IMG/VR virus record: IMGVR_UViG_3300005239_000276 | Reading direction: 5' to 3' (one strand) | DNA: 1,055 nt | DNA from: an uncultured virus (IMG/VR IMGVR_UViG_3300005239_000276) | Lineage: Duplodnaviria > Heunggongvirae > Uroviricota > Caudoviricetes | In this document: positions 1 to 1,055 of the stretch, piece after piece | How the letters are laid out: every line of letters begins with the position of its first letter | How positions within the stretch are numbered: position 1 is the stretch's first letter | The notes under the pieces: model-generated | What the model was told of the DNA's origin: nothing | Databases searched by the model: none | The model's input: only the letters and a program-made list of their open reading frames with translations | Program-made: the position numbers and the translations under genes

Positions 1-287
1 TTCGGTTTGTGAAGATAGTCAAGACACTTATGAAGGATATCAGCAACATTTCCCGTGTGGTTTGCATCAATATCCTGATGCGATTCGTTGATTTTGATCT
101 TTACTTTATTAAAAACTGATTTGGTTCCTACAAAGAAATTACCCGATGCAGGATTCTTTCCCCATACGATTGCAGGTGCTCCGTCCATCTTTACTGACAG
201 ATTGCCTTCGTTACGTAGACAATCAAGAGCACTTAAATCACCAGTGAGAATAGAATCTTCGGGATGTTCGATGTGCTTGTTTTGCAT
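1..287 (-). CDS. DUF6267-like phage protein, N-terminal part (3'-truncated by the window); KxDG motif suggests a ligase-like nucleotidyltransferase fold
   Basis: Not in the ORF track. Manual translation from ATG (287-285, in-frame TAA directly upstream) gives 95 stop-free codons to the edge: MQNKHIEHPEDSILTGDLSALDCLRNEGNLSVKMDGAPAIVWGKNPASGNFFVGTKSVFNKVKIKINESHQDIDANHTGNVADILHKCLDYLHKP. The blocks NxHxEHPED, SVKxDGAPAIxxG and FFVGTKSVFNK match my recollection of the DUF6267 family of T4-like marine phages (recalled, not searched). Confidence 0.85.
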   Translation of the reverse strand, partial: MQNKHIEHPEDSILTGDLSALDCLRNEGNLSVKMDGAPAIVWGKNPASGNFFVGTKSVFNKVKIKINESHQDIDANHTGNVADILHKCLDYLHKP

Positions 288-320
288 TTAGAGAATGATG
301 AGAATGAGAATAATTGAGTA

Positions 321-353
321 GAATTGGGCATAGATTGATGCCCATTCTTTTTT
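321..353 (+). terminator. Stem-loop with T-tract; intrinsic terminator-like, best formed on the + (antisense) strand
   Basis: TGGGCAT (325-331) pairs with ATGCCCA (338-344) around a 6-nt loop. The stem extends by GAA/TTC across a 1-nt bulge and is followed by TTTTTT (348-353) on the + strand. On the - strand the tail is only ATTCTACTC. Confidence 0.55.
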
Positions 354-361
354 GGTTTTAA

Positions 362-715
362 TCATGCAAGACGCATACCATTACGGAACTTAACAGTTTG
401 CATTTCGTCGAATGCTTCATTAAAGACACGAACAAACCAAGTCCAATTCTGTTGAAATACCTGCTCATTCTTTGTTCCACAGGTATATCCAAATGCGTTG
501 AGGAGTGCATTTAGACGGGATTTTGTGGTCTTTGATTGTCTACCACCGTCATAAAGTTTCAGTGAATCTTCATCAATCTCAGCAATCAAGTTGCCGTGAA
601 GATAAACCTTTGAGATACCATCTTCCAAGGTAACTGTTGTATTCGCAGAGGTCCAGTTCGTGTTATCTTTGATTGCTTGGATCATCTGGGTTTCGATTTT
701 ACGCATGAGAGGCAT
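362..715 (-). CDS. Hypothetical phage protein (117 aa from ATG 715, or 114 aa from ATG 706, MRKIETQM...)
   Basis: Complete ORF ending in TGA at 364-362. The motifs MRKIExQM, VYLHGNxIA and DGGxxSxTTKSRLNALL resemble a small uncharacterised marine phage family as I recall it. The second ATG (706) is the more likely start on that basis. Function unknown. Confidence 0.85.
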   Translation of the reverse strand: MPLMRKIETQMIQAIKDNTNWTSANTTVTLEDGISKVYLHGNLIAEIDEDSLKLYDGGRQSKTTKSRLNALLNAFGYTCGTKNEQVFQQNWTWFVRVFNEAFDEMQTVKFRNGMRLA

Positions 716-759
716 GTAGAAGGGTCTGAGAGGTGTGGTGAGGTGCTGTCCCCTCCACT

Positions 760-825
760 TCTATACAATACACGATTTTGGGGGTCTGTGCCGTTATAGT
801 GTGACACTTTGACCAACTGGCACAG
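760..825 (-). promoter_or_regulatory. Candidate promoter for the 362-715 gene and downstream gene, with upstream dyad elements
   Basis: A -10-like TATTGT (770-765, minus strand; overlapping alternative TATAGA 765-760) lies about 50 nt upstream of the ATG. The expected -35 position holds GGCACA/CGGCAC, a poor match to TTGACA, which is one arm of an inverted repeat. Confidence 0.5.
786..825. repeat. Nested inverted repeats
   Basis: Outer arms are CTGTGCC-GTT (786-795) and AACTGGCACAG (815-825), 10 bp with one bulge. The inner palindrome is AGTGT-G-ACACT (798-808). An overlapping dyad GTGACACTT-N5-AACTGGCAC (801-823) has 7/9 symmetry. Confidence 0.8.
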
Positions 826-839
826 GGTCGGCCGCTCTG

Positions 840-873
840 AGTATCATTTAGTGATACTACAGTTAGTGTTACT
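840..873. repeat. Inverted plus direct repeat cluster just after the stop of the acidic ORF
   Basis: AGTATCA (840-846) and TGATACT (852-858) form a perfect 7-bp inverted repeat with a 5-nt loop. TTAGTGATACT (848-858) and TTAGTGTTACT (863-873) form a 10/11 direct repeat at 15-nt spacing. Confidence 0.7.
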
Positions 874-1055
874 TAAGAGACAACATAGTTGCTCAGATCA
901 TTACGATTATCGCAAGAGCACCAAGTATCGTAAAAAGAATCCCATGCAGTTTCGTTATCAACAAAGGAGACAATTTCCAACATCTCACATACCCAATCGT
1001 ATGCCATATCTACATCGGCATTTGTATCATTCACGAAGACGCACATTTGCCCCAT
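873..1055 (-). CDS. Small acidic hypothetical protein, probably 5'-truncated
   Basis: The frame is open from the window edge to TAA at 875-873 and is on the same strand as its neighbours. The 60 visible residues include 12 D/E, 1 R and 0 K. The ATG falls exactly at the window edge, so the true start may lie upstream. Confidence 0.75.
   Translation of the reverse strand: MGQMCVFVNDTNADVDMAYDWVCEMLEIVSFVDNETAWDSFYDTWCSCDNRNDLSNYVVS

Noticed and set aside
88..291. 67-aa + strand ORF from the track (TTG start)
   Set aside because: It lies antisense to the motif-bearing minus-strand gene, has a weak start and no recognisable features, so it is most likely a shadow ORF.
765..774. Extended -10 (TGn) promoter
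   Set aside because: The TG abuts TATTGT directly rather than being one base away, so it does not fit TGnTATAAT.
722..788. GGGTCTG direct repeat (722-728 and 782-788)
   Set aside because: It is only 7 nt in two copies, compatible with chance, and there is no evidence of a target-site duplication or an inserted element.
841..857. Possible cyanobacterial NtcA box (GTA...TAC)
   Set aside because: The spacing is GTA-N11-TAC, not the required GTA-N8-TAC.
716..872. tRNA, CRISPR array or integron attC site in the structured spacer
   Set aside because: There is no cloverleaf or T-loop motif, no regularly spaced repeats of 23 nt or more, and no convincing RYYYAAC...GTTRRRY-bounded long hairpin.

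Overview
Three co-oriented minus-strand genes separated by structured intergenic DNA, most consistent with an accessory or early region of a marine (T4-like cyanophage-type) phage; the origin is inferred from recalled protein families and gene style. In transcription order: a very acidic small protein, probably 5'-truncated (873-1055); a 157-nt regulatory spacer with nested inverted repeats and a candidate promoter; a conserved-looking 114-117 aa hypothetical protein (362-706/715); a hairpin; and a gene missing from the supplied ORF track (ATG at 287, running off the left edge). That last gene encodes a DUF6267-like protein with a KxDG ligase/nucleotidyltransferase-type motif. The listed + strand ORF 88-291 is most likely its antisense shadow. 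No RNA genes, CRISPR array or mobile element were seen.
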